Shown: positions 36,379 through 46,708 of the stretch, in pieces | How the letters are laid out: the number at the start of each line of letters is the position of its first letter | How positions within the stretch are numbered: the stretch's first letter is position 1 | The notes under the pieces: generated by a model | What the model saw: only the letters and a program-made list of their open reading frames with translations | Databases searched by the model: none | What the model was told of the DNA's origin: nothing | Translations under genes and position numbers: made by a program | IMG/VR virus record: IMGVR_UViG_2926068284_000002 | Coordinates: 20,745 to 84,744 of that record | Source of the DNA: a virus | Lineage: Duplodnaviria; Caudoviricetes | Reading direction: 5' to 3' (one strand) | DNA length: 64,000 nt

Positions 36379-37316
36379 TGCCGATCCTGGTCGCCTCATC
36401 AACTCCGCCGCAGGAGCAGCCGCCGTGGGAGTGGCCGCCGCGTCTCATCGAGATGCCCCTGGTGTCCTTCACCGACCCGGCGGGGGTGACGACGCTCCTC
36501 ACAGACTGGGAGCACGGCTGGGTGGTGCAGCCCGGCATCAAGGGCCTCGACATGCCCGACTACGCCATGGCCACCGACGAATCCCCTGGGATCGACGGCT
36601 ACGAGGTGCGCCAGGTCCGCGCCCAAGGCAAGACGATCACTCTGCCGGTCGCGTTCTGGGCCAACGACAGCAGGGCCGCCTACCTGGCCCGCCGGCGCAC
36701 GTTCATCCGCGCCCTCAATCCCAAGCGCGGGCAGGGCACCCTGACCCTGACCCAGCCGGACGGAAGCACCCGCAGCATCGGCGTCCGCTACCAGGACGGC
36801 ATGGAAGGCGACGAGTCCCTCGACGCCGCGGGCGCCCGGTGGTGCATCGCGGTGATCACCTTCGCCGCCCCGTCCCCGTACTGGACCGGGGGAGAGGTCA
36901 CCACCGAATGGAAGAACGGCACGGGCGGCGACTTCTTCCCGTTCCTACCGCTGACCGTGGGCGACTCGCAGGTGCTGGGGTCGGTCACCGTCGACAACGA
37001 CGGCGACGACGACGCCCTCCCCGTGTGGACGATCACCGGACCGGCCACCTCGATCACCCTCACCAACACGACGACCGGGCAGACCCTCGCCCTGACCCGC
37101 ACCATCACCGGCACGGACACCATCGTCATCGACACCCGCGAACGCCAGCAGACCGCGCTCCTCAACGGGGTCACGAACCTGTGGCCCAACCTCTCCGACG
37201 CCTCCTCCTTGTGGGCGCTGGAGACCGGCGTCAACGACCTCACCCTGACCGTGGCTGGCTCCACGTCGGCCACCTCGGTCCGCATGACGTACCAGCCCCG
37301 CTACCTGGCCGCCTGA
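36378..37316 (+). CDS. Distal tail (Dit) protein
   Basis: Directly after the tape measure gene; typical size; F.APSPYW. Confidence 0.8.
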   Translation: MPILVASSTPPQEQPPWEWPPRLIEMPLVSFTDPAGVTTLLTDWEHGWVVQPGIKGLDMPDYAMATDESPGIDGYEVRQVRAQGKTITLPVAFWANDSRAAYLARRRTFIRALNPKRGQGTLTLTQPDGSTRSIGVRYQDGMEGDESLDAAGARWCIAVITFAAPSPYWTGGEVTTEWKNGTGGDFFPFLPLTVGDSQVLGSVTVDNDGDDDALPVWTITGPATSITLTNTTTGQTLALTRTITGTDTIVIDTRERQQTALLNGVTNLWPNLSDASSLWALETGVNDLTLTVAGSTSATSVRMTYQPRYLAA

Positions 37317-37329
37317 GAGGAGGACCCCC

Positions 37330-38502
37330 ATGCCAAGCCCCGCACTCCGCGTCTACGTCCGCAACCCCGCCCTGGAGCGAATCGGGCAGGTCGACGACTA
37401 CACCAGCCTCACCGTCATACCCCGCTACAACGCCATCGGGTCCTTCGTCCTGGAGATCTCCGCCGACTCCGGGAAGGCGAACCTGCTGGCCGAGGGCAAC
37501 GGGCTCATCATCCGCACCGCCGACGGCACACTGGTCGACTCGGGGCCGATCCGCACCGTCGACTGGTCCCGCTCCAAGGACGACTCAGGGGCCGGGAAGC
37601 TCACCATCGGTGGAGTCTCCGACACGGAGATGCTGGCCCGCTACACCTGCTGGCCCGCCCCCGGCAGTGCCATCGGGTCGCAGGCGGACGCCGTGTACAA
37701 GATCAGCGCGACGGTGGCTGAGACCGCCATGCGGACCCTCGTCAACGTGAACGCCGGCCCCGGGGCGCTGGCGTCCCGCAAGAACGCACTGCTGACGCTC
37801 GCGGCCAACGGGAACCGCGGGCCGGCGATCACCCGGCAGCTCAACCAGTTCGACTCGCTGTTCGCCGTCCTCCAGGACATCGCAAACGCCGCCGGGCTTG
37901 GGTTCCGCGTCGTCCAGGTCGGGAGCGGCCTCCAGTTCCAGGTGTACGAACCCACTGACCGCAGCGGCACTGCCCGGTTCGCGTTCCGGCGGGGGAACCT
38001 CACCGACGCCAACTACACCACCACGCCACCGACCTGCACCCGGGCCGTCGTCGTCGCTGGCGGGCAGTCCTCGCCCCGCCAGTGCAAGACCTACGACCGG
38101 ACGGATGCGTTGTTCCCCGGTCTGGTCCTGGAGCAGTTCGTCGACCTCACCTCCGTCGACACCGCGTCCGTCGACCTGGCCGCGCAGATGGACCAGGCCG
38201 CCGAGGAAGCCCTCACCTCCGGGGCGGGACAAGGGTCGCTGGCCATCAGCCCGATCGACATCCCGCAACTCCGCTACGGGCGGGACTACCAGGTCGGCGA
38301 CACCGTGTCCGCAATGGTCCGCGAATCGTGGATGACCGACGTCGTCCGCGAAGTCACCCTCGCCTGCGCTGCCACCGACGGGGTGACCGTGAAGGTGGCC
38401 GTCGGGTCCAGCGACGGCGACGGCACAGTCGCCCGCATCTACAAGTTCCTCGCCCAGCTCAAACGAGACCTGGGCAGAGTCAAGACCCGGAAGGCGGCCT
38501 GA
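37330..38502 (+). CDS. Baseplate hub/Tal (ReqiPepy6 Gp37-like)
   Basis: YGRDYQVGDTV; position. Confidence 0.8.
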   Translation: MPSPALRVYVRNPALERIGQVDDYTSLTVIPRYNAIGSFVLEISADSGKANLLAEGNGLIIRTADGTLVDSGPIRTVDWSRSKDDSGAGKLTIGGVSDTEMLARYTCWPAPGSAIGSQADAVYKISATVAETAMRTLVNVNAGPGALASRKNALLTLAANGNRGPAITRQLNQFDSLFAVLQDIANAAGLGFRVVQVGSGLQFQVYEPTDRSGTARFAFRRGNLTDANYTTTPPTCTRAVVVAGGQSSPRQCKTYDRTDALFPGLVLEQFVDLTSVDTASVDLAAQMDQAAEEALTSGAGQGSLAISPIDIPQLRYGRDYQVGDTVSAMVRESWMTDVVREVTLACAATDGVTVKVAVGSSDGDGTVARIYKFLAQLKRDLGRVKTRKAA

Positions 38503-38503
38503 G

Positions 38504-39511
38504 ATGGCTGAGTTCTCCGCGCCGTTCGACGGCTCCCCGATCGCCACCCAGTCCCAGTGGTCCCGCATGGCCCGCAGGTGGGGGATCGACGGGGTCCACG
38601 CCTCCGACCCCGCCGACACCGCCCTCAAGATCAGCGGCAACGGCAGCGGCAACGTCGTCCTCCAGGCCGGCGAGGCGTTCGTCAACGGCTTCTACTACCT
38701 CAACGACACGACGAAGAACATCCCGATCACCGCGAACCTGGGCACAACAGCCCGCGTCGACATGGTCGTCCTGCGGGCCTCCATGAGCGCCAAAACCGTC
38801 CGCGCCGCCTACAAGACCGGCGGCAGCAGCGCCCCAACCCTCGCCGCCGACGAGAACGGCGACTACGAAATGCCGCTCGCCCAGTGCACCGTCGCCGCCG
38901 GATCCTCCGTCGTCACCGCCGTCAACGTCCTCGACCGCCGCTGGTTCACCGACCGCGGCGCCGTCCCCGGCCTCCCCGGCGCCCGCCGCCCGAGCGTGAG
39001 GGGGCAACTCCTCGTCGAGGGCACGAAGCTGTACGTCGGCGACGGGGCCGGCTGGCAGTGGCTCACGTCACCGGGTGTTGAGGAGGACACGTACACCCCG
39101 CAGTGGACCGTCGGCAGCACCACCATCCAATGGGGCGCGTCAGCAACGAACTTCGGCCGGTACACGGTGCGCGGCAAGCGGGTCGACCTCCTCATCCACC
39201 TGGTCCCGTCCGCGAACCCGATCTCCTCCACCGAGCCGATCATGGTGTCGCTGCCGCCCGGATACCCGGCCGCCTCCAACCACCGGGCAATCCTCAACTG
39301 GGCATTCACCGGGACCAACGGCGACGGCATCGGCAGCGCCGTCATCTACCCCACCCTGTCCACCACGAAGATCGCCCGCCTGCGGTACGCCATGAGCAAC
39401 AGCGTCAGCAGCACCACGCCGCCCGAAGTGTTCACCATGCACACCACCCAACCGTGGCCCATGCGCGCCGGGGACGTCCTAACCATCGACGGCTCCTACT
39501 GGCTCGCCTAA
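38504..39511 (+). CDS. Minor tail/baseplate protein
   Basis: GEAFVNGFYY...RVDMVVLR...YEMPLA. Confidence 0.75.
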   Translation: MAEFSAPFDGSPIATQSQWSRMARRWGIDGVHASDPADTALKISGNGSGNVVLQAGEAFVNGFYYLNDTTKNIPITANLGTTARVDMVVLRASMSAKTVRAAYKTGGSSAPTLAADENGDYEMPLAQCTVAAGSSVVTAVNVLDRRWFTDRGAVPGLPGARRPSVRGQLLVEGTKLYVGDGAGWQWLTSPGVEEDTYTPQWTVGSTTIQWGASATNFGRYTVRGKRVDLLIHLVPSANPISSTEPIMVSLPPGYPAASNHRAILNWAFTGTNGDGIGSAVIYPTLSTTKIARLRYAMSNSVSSTTPPEVFTMHTTQPWPMRAGDVLTIDGSYWLA

Positions 39512-39529
39512 CCCCCGAAAGGACACACC

Positions 39530-41305
39530 ATGCGACACCTCTTCGGGGGCACCACCTCGGACTACGCCATGCAGCAGGTCGGCAACCAGCTCCTGCTCCG
39601 CCCCGGCGCCACCGGCCAGGTGTGGAACGCGGTAGTCGGCGGCACCCAGCTCACCGACCTGACCGACACCAGCGGTGTGCCGATCACCAGCGTAGTCGCC
39701 GCAGCCGACGGGTCCGTGTCCTTCTACGGACCTGAGGACGCCACCGAATGCTTCATCGACTTCGGGTTCGGCCGCCGCTACACGCTGATCGCCTCCGACA
39801 TCGCGAGCACTGTCTCCGCCCGCCTCAACAGCCTGGTGGCGACGGCCGCCGACGACGCGGCGGCAAAGGCGACCGCAGCACAGGCGGCGGCCACTGCGGC
39901 TGCCGCGTCGTCGGCGGCAGCCCTGTACCTGCCGAACGCCGTCCAGACCATCGACACGCTCCTCAGTGGGGCAACACCGTCATCCCCCGTGTACTTCGGG
40001 CACCGTGGTGGGGGCATGGTGCGCCCGGAGCACACCCTGGCTGGATACCGGGCTACCGCGGCGATGCGGTACCCGCTGGAGATCTCCGTCAACGTCGACG
40101 CGTCCGGGGAGTTGTGGTGCTTGCATGACCCGACTGTGGACCGGACGACGAACCGGACGGGGTTGCTGAGTTCGTTCACGACGGAGGAGGTTGCCCAGCA
40201 GATCCAGACGAACGCCCGGCCGCTGCTGGGGGCCGGGTGGGCGGAGCAGCGGCTTGTGCCGCTACGGCAGGTGCTGGACGAGTTCCTGGGGCGGGTGCCG
40301 ATCCTGCTGGAGCCGAAGGCCAACGACGCGGTGGTGCCCACCCAGCAGCTGCTGGACGCCTCATACCCGCATGCCCCGCGCAGCGTGATTTGGAAGGCGC
40401 ACATCGGGACGCTGAGCCTGCCGTGGGCTAAGGCGCGCGGGTACCGGACGTGGGTGTACCTGGACTCGGGCACCACCGACGCGACGATGGACGCCAAGGA
40501 CTCCCTGGTGGACTACTGGGGTGTGAACACCACGTTCTCGGATGCGCGGATCACCCAGGTGAAGGACCGGGGGAAGCCCGTGTTCGCGTGGGCGGTGTAC
40601 CGGCGCTCCCAGGTTGCCCGCCTGACTGGTCTGGGTGTGGTCGGGATGATGTCGTCGGACCCCCGGTACGTGTCGACGTCGGCCCCTCAGCGGACCGCGT
40701 CCCGGTGGGATCTGCAGGTCAAGGAGTCGGGGTGCACGCCGACGATCGACTACGACGAGACCTACGCTTTGCAGTTCGCCCCGTCTCCGGATGTGGGCTG
40801 GGTTTCGGTCGCGGCGGTGCCGTTCCAGTCGGTGGGGTTGGGCACGTACTGCCCGATCGCGGTGGGGGCGGGCGGGTACCGGATCAGCTTCGACATGAAG
40901 TTCAAGGTGCTGCCGTCGTCGACACTGCACGGGGGGATCTACTTCGGGAAGCAGTCGGACGATCCGTACCGGTTCTCCCAGTCGAACGCCACGGGCGGGT
41001 ACCACTTGGTGATGCGGGCGAACGGCCAGATGCAGCTGAACAAGCACACCGCTGGGGTGACGTCGGGAACGACGATGGGCTCAGTGATCGCAACGACAGC
41101 ACCGACAGCTGACGGGGTGATGAGCTTCCAGGTAGACGTGACCCCCACAACGGTGGAGGTTCGGCGCACGGACGGCACGGGGTGGACGACGGGGGCCTTG
41201 GCGGATACGACGTACCGGGGCGGCTACTTCGGGCTGTCGAATGGGTCGATCACGGATGTGGCGACCCGCCCGTACTGGCGGAACCTGGTGGTCACCCAGC
41301 TGTGA
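39530..41305 (+). CDS. Tail fibre/spike with glycerophosphodiester phosphodiesterase (GDPD) domain, copy 1
   Basis: GHRGG...PEHT...CLHDPTVDRTT...GVVGMMSSDP followed by a beta-sandwich C-terminus. Confidence 0.85.
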   Translation: MRHLFGGTTSDYAMQQVGNQLLLRPGATGQVWNAVVGGTQLTDLTDTSGVPITSVVAAADGSVSFYGPEDATECFIDFGFGRRYTLIASDIASTVSARLNSLVATAADDAAAKATAAQAAATAAAASSAAALYLPNAVQTIDTLLSGATPSSPVYFGHRGGGMVRPEHTLAGYRATAAMRYPLEISVNVDASGELWCLHDPTVDRTTNRTGLLSSFTTEEVAQQIQTNARPLLGAGWAEQRLVPLRQVLDEFLGRVPILLEPKANDAVVPTQQLLDASYPHAPRSVIWKAHIGTLSLPWAKARGYRTWVYLDSGTTDATMDAKDSLVDYWGVNTTFSDARITQVKDRGKPVFAWAVYRRSQVARLTGLGVVGMMSSDPRYVSTSAPQRTASRWDLQVKESGCTPTIDYDETYALQFAPSPDVGWVSVAAVPFQSVGLGTYCPIAVGAGGYRISFDMKFKVLPSSTLHGGIYFGKQSDDPYRFSQSNATGGYHLVMRANGQMQLNKHTAGVTSGTTMGSVIATTAPTADGVMSFQVDVTPTTVEVRRTDGTGWTTGALADTTYRGGYFGLSNGSITDVATRPYWRNLVVTQL

Positions 41306-41379
41306 TCACTTGCCTGGTGCGCCGACTTTCCTGCACGAGGGAAGCGGCGGACCAGGCAAGCTAGCCGTCTTCCTGCTGC

Positions 41380-41691
41380 TCATAGGTGATCCCGCCAGTT
41401 CATGCCGTAGGCAAGTGCGCCTGGGTCTGCTGCAGGTTCGCCGTTGTCGTACTGGGCGACGGTGAGGGTCATGCCGTCGCCTGTGCGGTCCACTTCGGTG
41501 ACCTTGCCGAGGGCCATTACCTTGCCGGTGGCGGGGTCGGTGCAGGCGACGAGACGGCCGACGAGCGGGTCCCGTTCGGGCTCGGTGCGCGAGGTGCACC
41601 CGCACGCCCGGCCGTTGATCAGGAGGAGCCCACAGTCCGGCTTGGTACAGCGGATGGCGGACTGGATGGGGCCACCCAGGCGGTAACTCAC
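41380..41691 (-). CDS. Hypothetical protein (Cys motifs)
   Basis: ggagg-like context; last gene of the reverse block. Confidence 0.45.
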   Translation of the reverse strand: MSYRLGGPIQSAIRCTKPDCGLLLINGRACGCTSRTEPERDPLVGRLVACTDPATGKVMALGKVTEVDRTGDGMTLTVAQYDNGEPAADPGALAYGMNWRDHL

Positions 41692-41821
41692 GGCGTCCAC
41701 CCTTCGACGGCGGCCCAGATGAGGCTGACAGCAAGGAGGGTAAGCGCGATGGCCAGCCATGTCATCGGGAGGGTGATGAGGTCCGCCACGAACTGGCGGC
41801 AGGCGCTACGGGGCCTCTCGG

Positions 41822-42130
41822 TCACTTCGCCTCCTTCGTCATTGCGGTCGGTGGTTCGACGAGGCACGGCGTGGTGCACCGTTCCGTCAACGGCTCACCC
41901 GTGTCGTTGGGGTCGACGCGGATCTGCCCGTCGGCACTGAGCACGAACGCGGTGTAGTAGATGGTGCGGTTGCCGGGCGGGCCCGTGACGGTGATGTCCC
42001 GACGAGGGATACGCAAGGGGATGTTGTTCGCCCGGAGCCAGTCCTTGACCTGATCGTGGAGCGGGCTGCCCCAGAACGGGTCGTCGTCCGAAGGGGCAGG
42101 CACGGTAATGGTCGGGTCGGTGTCGGTCAC
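41822..42130 (-). CDS. Hypothetical phage protein
   Basis: ggagg RBS with GTG start; WLRANNI. Confidence 0.55.
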   Translation of the reverse strand: MTDTDPTITVPAPSDDDPFWGSPLHDQVKDWLRANNIPLRIPRRDITVTGPPGNRTIYYTAFVLSADGQIRVDPNDTGEPLTERCTTPCLVEPPTAMTKEAK

Positions 42131-42516
42131 GTTGCCTCCCGCATCTGAAGGTCGAGTTCGTCCCCCAGTCGCAGGAGTCGTTCCCACGGCCAGCACGTGG
42201 TGTACGCCTTCTTCACGGCCGCCTCTACGAGCGGGTCCGTCGTCTGGTAGCCGGCGGCGAGGACCCGCAGCCAGTCCCGGTCGACCCAGCTTGTACCGCC
42301 GTGGCAGCACGGAAGCTTGGCCGGCTGATGGCGGCTCGCGGGGCAGCCGACTTCGACGAGGGGGTAGGAGAACGCTCCGATGATGAGGTCACAGTGCGGG
42401 TGCCCGCCGATCCCGGCGGCCACCGCTTCCTCGGCGTCTTCGCGGCGGTGCCAGTCCTGGTCGATGACGATGGCCGGGTCGTGGGACAGGCACAGCACAC
42501 GGTAGGTACTGCTCAC
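42127..42516 (-). CDS. Hypothetical Cys/His protein
   Basis: SSTYRVLCLSHDPA...HPHCDL; coupled. Confidence 0.6.
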   Translation of the reverse strand: MSSTYRVLCLSHDPAIVIDQDWHRREDAEEAVAAGIGGHPHCDLIIGAFSYPLVEVGCPASRHQPAKLPCCHGGTSWVDRDWLRVLAAGYQTTDPLVEAAVKKAYTTCWPWERLLRLGDELDLQMREAT

Positions 42517-42630
42517 CGACTTCTCCTCGGGTTGAGCCAGGCCGCCCGCTGAAGGGTCAGCCGCCCGTCGGGCTGCCGCTCCCACCAGTACGGCTTGCCG
42601 AACAGCCACACAGTGCGCAGCCTGTCGGGA

Positions 42631-43023
42631 TCACGCATCGTCGGTCTCCTCGTCGTCGAGTCCGTAGCCCTCGGCGAGGGCGAGAATGGTGGGACAGTTG
42701 CCGCGTCCTTCGGTGTCCGTGCCGCCGTACTCGTCTGCGGTGACGTGGCAGGTGACGCACCCAAAGTCGGCACCCTTGGCCCGGTAGAGGGGGCTGACGA
42801 CTTCGTCGGTGTACGGGTGCGCTTCGAGGATCTTGCGGTGGGCGGCACACCACCGGTCCTCTACTGACCCGATCTCCGCTGCTGCTTGGGCCTTGTCGAG
42901 GAGGCCGCTGATCCAGTCGTGGAGGCCGGGGGTGACGTCGAAGGTCACCTTCTCGTAGTCGAAGTCGGGGTCGCCGTCTGAGAGGCGCCGGAGGTCGGCC
43001 AGGCGCAGCTTCTTAGGGCTCAC
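42631..43023 (-). CDS. Hypothetical protein (DUF6221-like C-terminus)
   Basis: HRKILEAH...C..C...CPTILALAEGYG. Confidence 0.55.
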   Translation of the reverse strand: MSPKKLRLADLRRLSDGDPDFDYEKVTFDVTPGLHDWISGLLDKAQAAAEIGSVEDRWCAAHRKILEAHPYTDEVVSPLYRAKGADFGCVTCHVTADEYGGTDTEGRGNCPTILALAEGYGLDDEETDDA

Positions 43024-43696
43024 GGGGTGCCTCCTTGCGGAGCACGGCCAGCACTGCCGTGGCTACGTGCCCGCCCATGTCGCCGGGGAGATCCTGGTTC
43101 AGCACGGTGCGCACGGCCAGAGCGACGCGGGCGTGTACGGGGTCCCCGTCCTCGTCGAGGGCGGCGTCGATGATGTCGGCTACGGGGTCCCATGTGCGGG
43201 TGGTGGCCCGGATGAAAGCGGAGGCGTCACGTACCCGTCGGATGGTGGCCTCGGCCTCCTCTGCGCGGGCCACGGCCTGGGCGCGCTCGAACTCGGGCAG
43301 GTTCACCGTCGTGGGGGCGGCCACGTCCAGGTGGATACGTGCCGTGGCGACCACGGGCGGCTGCCGCTGGGATTCCCCAGGGGCCTGCGCTGGAAACGCC
43401 CGCCTGATGGTCGCGAGGGATGTGTCGCCGATGCCGGGCACGGCACGGAACTCCTCGTCGGACATGCGGCGCACGTCGGCGAGGGAGTGCCCGTGGACGG
43501 TCAAGGTGTGGGCGATGATGTGCGCGGTGCGGCCCCCGCCCAGGGCTTGTACGAGCGCCTCCTCGCCGCCGTGCAGCAGGTCGTCAGCGGCGGTCGGGTT
43601 CGGGCAGTCGGTGCGGGAGCAGGTGACGTGCCCGCCCTCCCCGAGGAACAGGCTGGCGGCACCACACGCCGGGCAGTGGCCCTGAACGTCAGGCAT
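43013..43696 (-). CDS. Zn-ribbon plus helix-hairpin-helix (RNAP alpha-CTD-like) protein
   Basis: CPACG...C...C; SDEEFRAVPGIGDTSLATIR. Confidence 0.65.
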   Translation of the reverse strand: MPDVQGHCPACGAASLFLGEGGHVTCSRTDCPNPTAADDLLHGGEEALVQALGGGRTAHIIAHTLTVHGHSLADVRRMSDEEFRAVPGIGDTSLATIRRAFPAQAPGESQRQPPVVATARIHLDVAAPTTVNLPEFERAQAVARAEEAEATIRRVRDASAFIRATTRTWDPVADIIDAALDEDGDPVHARVALAVRTVLNQDLPGDMGGHVATAVLAVLRKEAPREP

Positions 43697-44327
43697 CGGA
43701 ACCTCCCAGGCCGATGAAGTGGTCGCCCTCGACGCAGTGAGAGGACATGCAGCGACCGACCGGAGTCGCATCCAGCGCCGCCTGCACAGCCCGCCAGATG
43801 ATCGCGTTGCGGTGCGCGGTGTCGGGCGGCAGGTACTCCCCGAGGCTGCGGATGCTCTCGTACACGGCGTCGTAGGCGGGCTGGCGCGGGTCGGGGCGAA
43901 CCGGCACGGTGTCGGATGAGGGCTCCGGGCTGCCCTCTTCGCTTGGGGCGTTTGCCGTGCGGGCCTGGGCTTCCTGAATGATTCCCTCAGTAGTCCACTT
44001 GCGGTTTCGGCCGAAGCGCCCGTCGTAGCTGTCGGTGACGTCGGCTACCACCTCGTGGATGTCCGACCACAGGCGGTGCACACGGTCCTCGCTGGCTGTG
44101 TGGACGTGGCCGCACGGCTTCACGGTGAGCTGGATGTCCCTCAGCAGGCGGTCGGTACGGTCGGTGGTGACCTGCCACGCCGCCTCAACAGGCTCCCCGC
44201 AGGTGGGGCACGGAGGGTACGGCAGCAACAGGACGCCGCGTCCCTGCCGCGCCCGGTGCGTAAGCACGACCGCCCACGCCAGCAGGTTCGCGTCGGAGAG
44301 AGGCTGAACGTCGGGAGCGTCAGGCAT
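43689..44327 (-). CDS. Hypothetical protein with Zn ribbon
   Basis: CPTCG...PCGH. Confidence 0.6.
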   Translation of the reverse strand: MPDAPDVQPLSDANLLAWAVVLTHRARQGRGVLLLPYPPCPTCGEPVEAAWQVTTDRTDRLLRDIQLTVKPCGHVHTASEDRVHRLWSDIHEVVADVTDSYDGRFGRNRKWTTEGIIQEAQARTANAPSEEGSPEPSSDTVPVRPDPRQPAYDAVYESIRSLGEYLPPDTAHRNAIIWRAVQAALDATPVGRCMSSHCVEGDHFIGLGGSDA

Positions 44328-44733
44328 CGGGGGCCTCCTCGGTGATCAGTCGTATGCCGAGGATGCGGGCGGTAGGGGCGAGGAACACTCGGGATTCCCG
44401 TAGGTAGAACGACGTCCACGTGTCGCCTGGGTCGACGGTGTCGGCGGCGAACGACTGGGTGTGCCCGCCGTCCACGGTCACCTCGTACACCGGGGGGCGG
44501 CCCGCCTCCGGGTCGTCGGACATCATTTGCTCGGGCGTTACGCCGAAGGCTTTGGCGAACTCGACCAGGTCGTTTACGGTGATGCGCCGCTTGCCGCCCT
44601 CGGTGGTTGCCACGACCTGCGAGAACTTGTGCCCCATCTCCGCGGCTAGCTGGTTCTGGGTCCAGCCACGGCGGGTGCGGAGCAGCTTCACGTTCGCAGC
44701 CACCCGCTCGACGGCGGTGAGGCGGTCAGACAT
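44320..44733 (-). CDS. XRE-family HTH regulator
   Basis: NVKLLRTRRGWTQNQLA...EGGKRRITVNDL. Confidence 0.85.
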   Translation of the reverse strand: MSDRLTAVERVAANVKLLRTRRGWTQNQLAAEMGHKFSQVVATTEGGKRRITVNDLVEFAKAFGVTPEQMMSDDPEAGRPPVYEVTVDGGHTQSFAADTVDPGDTWTSFYLRESRVFLAPTARILGIRLITEEAPDA

Positions 44734-45073
44734 TCGCTTCTCCTTCGGCGGTGACCCCGCAGGAGAGACACGAGAAGCCGATGGGTGGAGCACCCTGACA
44801 GGAGGTGCATGGCGGCGGAGGCTCGATCAGCTGCGCATACGGAACCTGGAGAGCTTCGGCTAGCACCAGTAGGTCGTCCACATCGACCCGTCGCTCACCC
44901 TTCTCGATGCGCGTGATTCCGGTCGGAGGAATGTAGCGCCCGAGCCGCTTGCAAGAGTCAGCAAGAGCGCGTGTGGATAGCCGCCGCACGGTGCGGAGCC
45001 GCAGCAGGTTCGCGCGTACCTGATCGCCAGTCGTGCCCACGATGATTGCCTTGCGTCCCGTGGCCCCACTCAT
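44726..45073 (-). CDS. XRE-family HTH regulator with C-terminal CxxC...CxxC
   Basis: ITRIEKGERRVDVDDL...CTSC...CLSC. Confidence 0.85.
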   Translation of the reverse strand: MSGATGRKAIIVGTTGDQVRANLLRLRTVRRLSTRALADSCKRLGRYIPPTGITRIEKGERRVDVDDLLVLAEALQVPYAQLIEPPPPCTSCQGAPPIGFSCLSCGVTAEGEANV

Positions 45074-45666
45074 GCGCTTTCCGCCCTCTGTTGCTCGCGG
45101 GCAAACAGGTCGACTTCAACCAGTGCGCGCTCCAGGGCCAACCGGGCACGACTGGCGTTGTCCGGCTGCGTGAGCGTCCTCACGACTTCCTCGCATGCGA
45201 CCTGGGCTGCCCTGGCCGCCGGGTGCAGGAAGCTCTCCCGCGCCCCCGGTGGCAGCGAGGAGAGCGCGTACTCCAATGAGTCCGTTGCCCCGACGCCAGG
45301 CAGCGGCCACTGGCTATTGGCCCACGCCCATGCGGAGACAGCCGAGACGAGCCCAGCCCCCGTGACCTCAACCGATTCGTCACGGGAGTCCTCAAGGGGG
45401 AGCAGGAGTGCGCCGGGTGAAACGCCGAGTGCCACAGCGAGAGCGGCGAAGTCGTCCACGTTCACCTGCCGTTCAAGGCGCTCGATCTTCGCGATCCCCG
45501 ACGCGACGACGGGGCGCCCGGCGACCCGCAACCTCTCGGCAAGGTCGTGAATGGTCAGTCTCCGACGCCTACGTAGACGGCGAACGTTTTTGGCTACCTG
45601 GCCACCGGTCGGCCCGTACTCAACTGCTGGGCGCGGACTGCGCGGGGCTCTGGGTTCGTCGACCAT
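45070..45666 (-). CDS. XRE-family HTH regulator
   Basis: IAKIERLERQVNVDDFAALAVALGVSP. Confidence 0.85.
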   Translation of the reverse strand: MVDEPRAPRSPRPAVEYGPTGGQVAKNVRRLRRRRRLTIHDLAERLRVAGRPVVASGIAKIERLERQVNVDDFAALAVALGVSPGALLLPLEDSRDESVEVTGAGLVSAVSAWAWANSQWPLPGVGATDSLEYALSSLPPGARESFLHPAARAAQVACEEVVRTLTQPDNASRARLALERALVEVDLFAREQQRAESA

Positions 45667-45873
45667 GGCGACTCCTTGGCAAGGGTGTTGGCAAGGGTGG
45701 CGGCGGGCTCGCCCCTTGCCAGAAGGAGCCCGCCGCTGGGTGAACCGGTGAAGCGGCGACCCGAGGCCAGCATAACCCCTACACCTTGGAATCGTAGGCA
45801 TATGCGAATCCAAAGCCTATGATTCAAAGGTCAACGGTCATGCTGACGCCCTGACGCTACGCAGGAGACCCAC

Positions 45874-46686
45874 ATGAAGCTCGTCACCAGAGCCCAACTC
45901 GGCTGGCCCGCCTCCGCCGCGCCCTCACAGCCCACCGCCCGAGGCGTGAAGGTCCACTACGAGGGGACACCGGTCAGCACCAAGCTGCTCACCAACCACG
46001 ACGCATGCCTCGCCGAGTGGAAGGCAATCCGGGCCTCCCACCTAGCGAACAAGGCCGAGGGCTACAGCGACGTCGCCTACAACTACGCCGCCTGCCCCCA
46101 CGGCTACCTCCTCGAAGGGCGCGGCCTCCGCAAGCGCACCGGCGCCAACGGAAACCAGGCGCTCAACACCGCGCACTACGCGATCGTCGGGCTCGTCGGC
46201 AGCAGCGGCCTCACCAAGCCGACCGACGCCATGCTGTCCGCAATCCGCGACGGCATCGACCTACTGCAGCGCAACGGCGCGGGCAACGAGATCCGAGGGC
46301 ACCGCGACGGGTACGCCACCGCCTGCCCCGGCGGCCCCCTCTACACCTGGGTGAAGGAGGGCGCACCCCGGCCCGACGGCGACAACGAACCCAGCACCAA
46401 GCCCCCCGCCAACAAGCCGAAGTACGAGCCGTACCCCGGAGCCAGCTTCTTCCTCAACGGCACCCGACCCGCCCTCGGCAAGAAGTCCCCCATCTTCACC
46501 GCCATGGGCAAACGCCTCGTCGCCGCCGGCTGCGGCAAGTACAAGGTCGGCCCCGGCCCCGAACTCGGCCAAGCCGACGTCACCTCCTACGAAGCGTGGC
46601 AGCGCAAGTGCGGCTACACCGGCGCCGCCGCCAAGTGGCCCCCCGGCAAAACCACCTGGGACAAGCTCCAGGTCCCCAACACCTAA
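45874..46686 (+). CDS. Endolysin (amidase_2 with C-terminal cell-wall binding domain)
   Basis: VHY...YSDVAYN...EGRG...GHRD...TACPG. Confidence 0.9.
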   Translation: MKLVTRAQLGWPASAAPSQPTARGVKVHYEGTPVSTKLLTNHDACLAEWKAIRASHLANKAEGYSDVAYNYAACPHGYLLEGRGLRKRTGANGNQALNTAHYAIVGLVGSSGLTKPTDAMLSAIRDGIDLLQRNGAGNEIRGHRDGYATACPGGPLYTWVKEGAPRPDGDNEPSTKPPANKPKYEPYPGASFFLNGTRPALGKKSPIFTAMGKRLVAAGCGKYKVGPGPELGQADVTSYEAWQRKCGYTGAAAKWPPGKTTWDKLQVPNT

Positions 46687-46708
46687 CCCAGCCAGAAACG
46701 AGACCACC

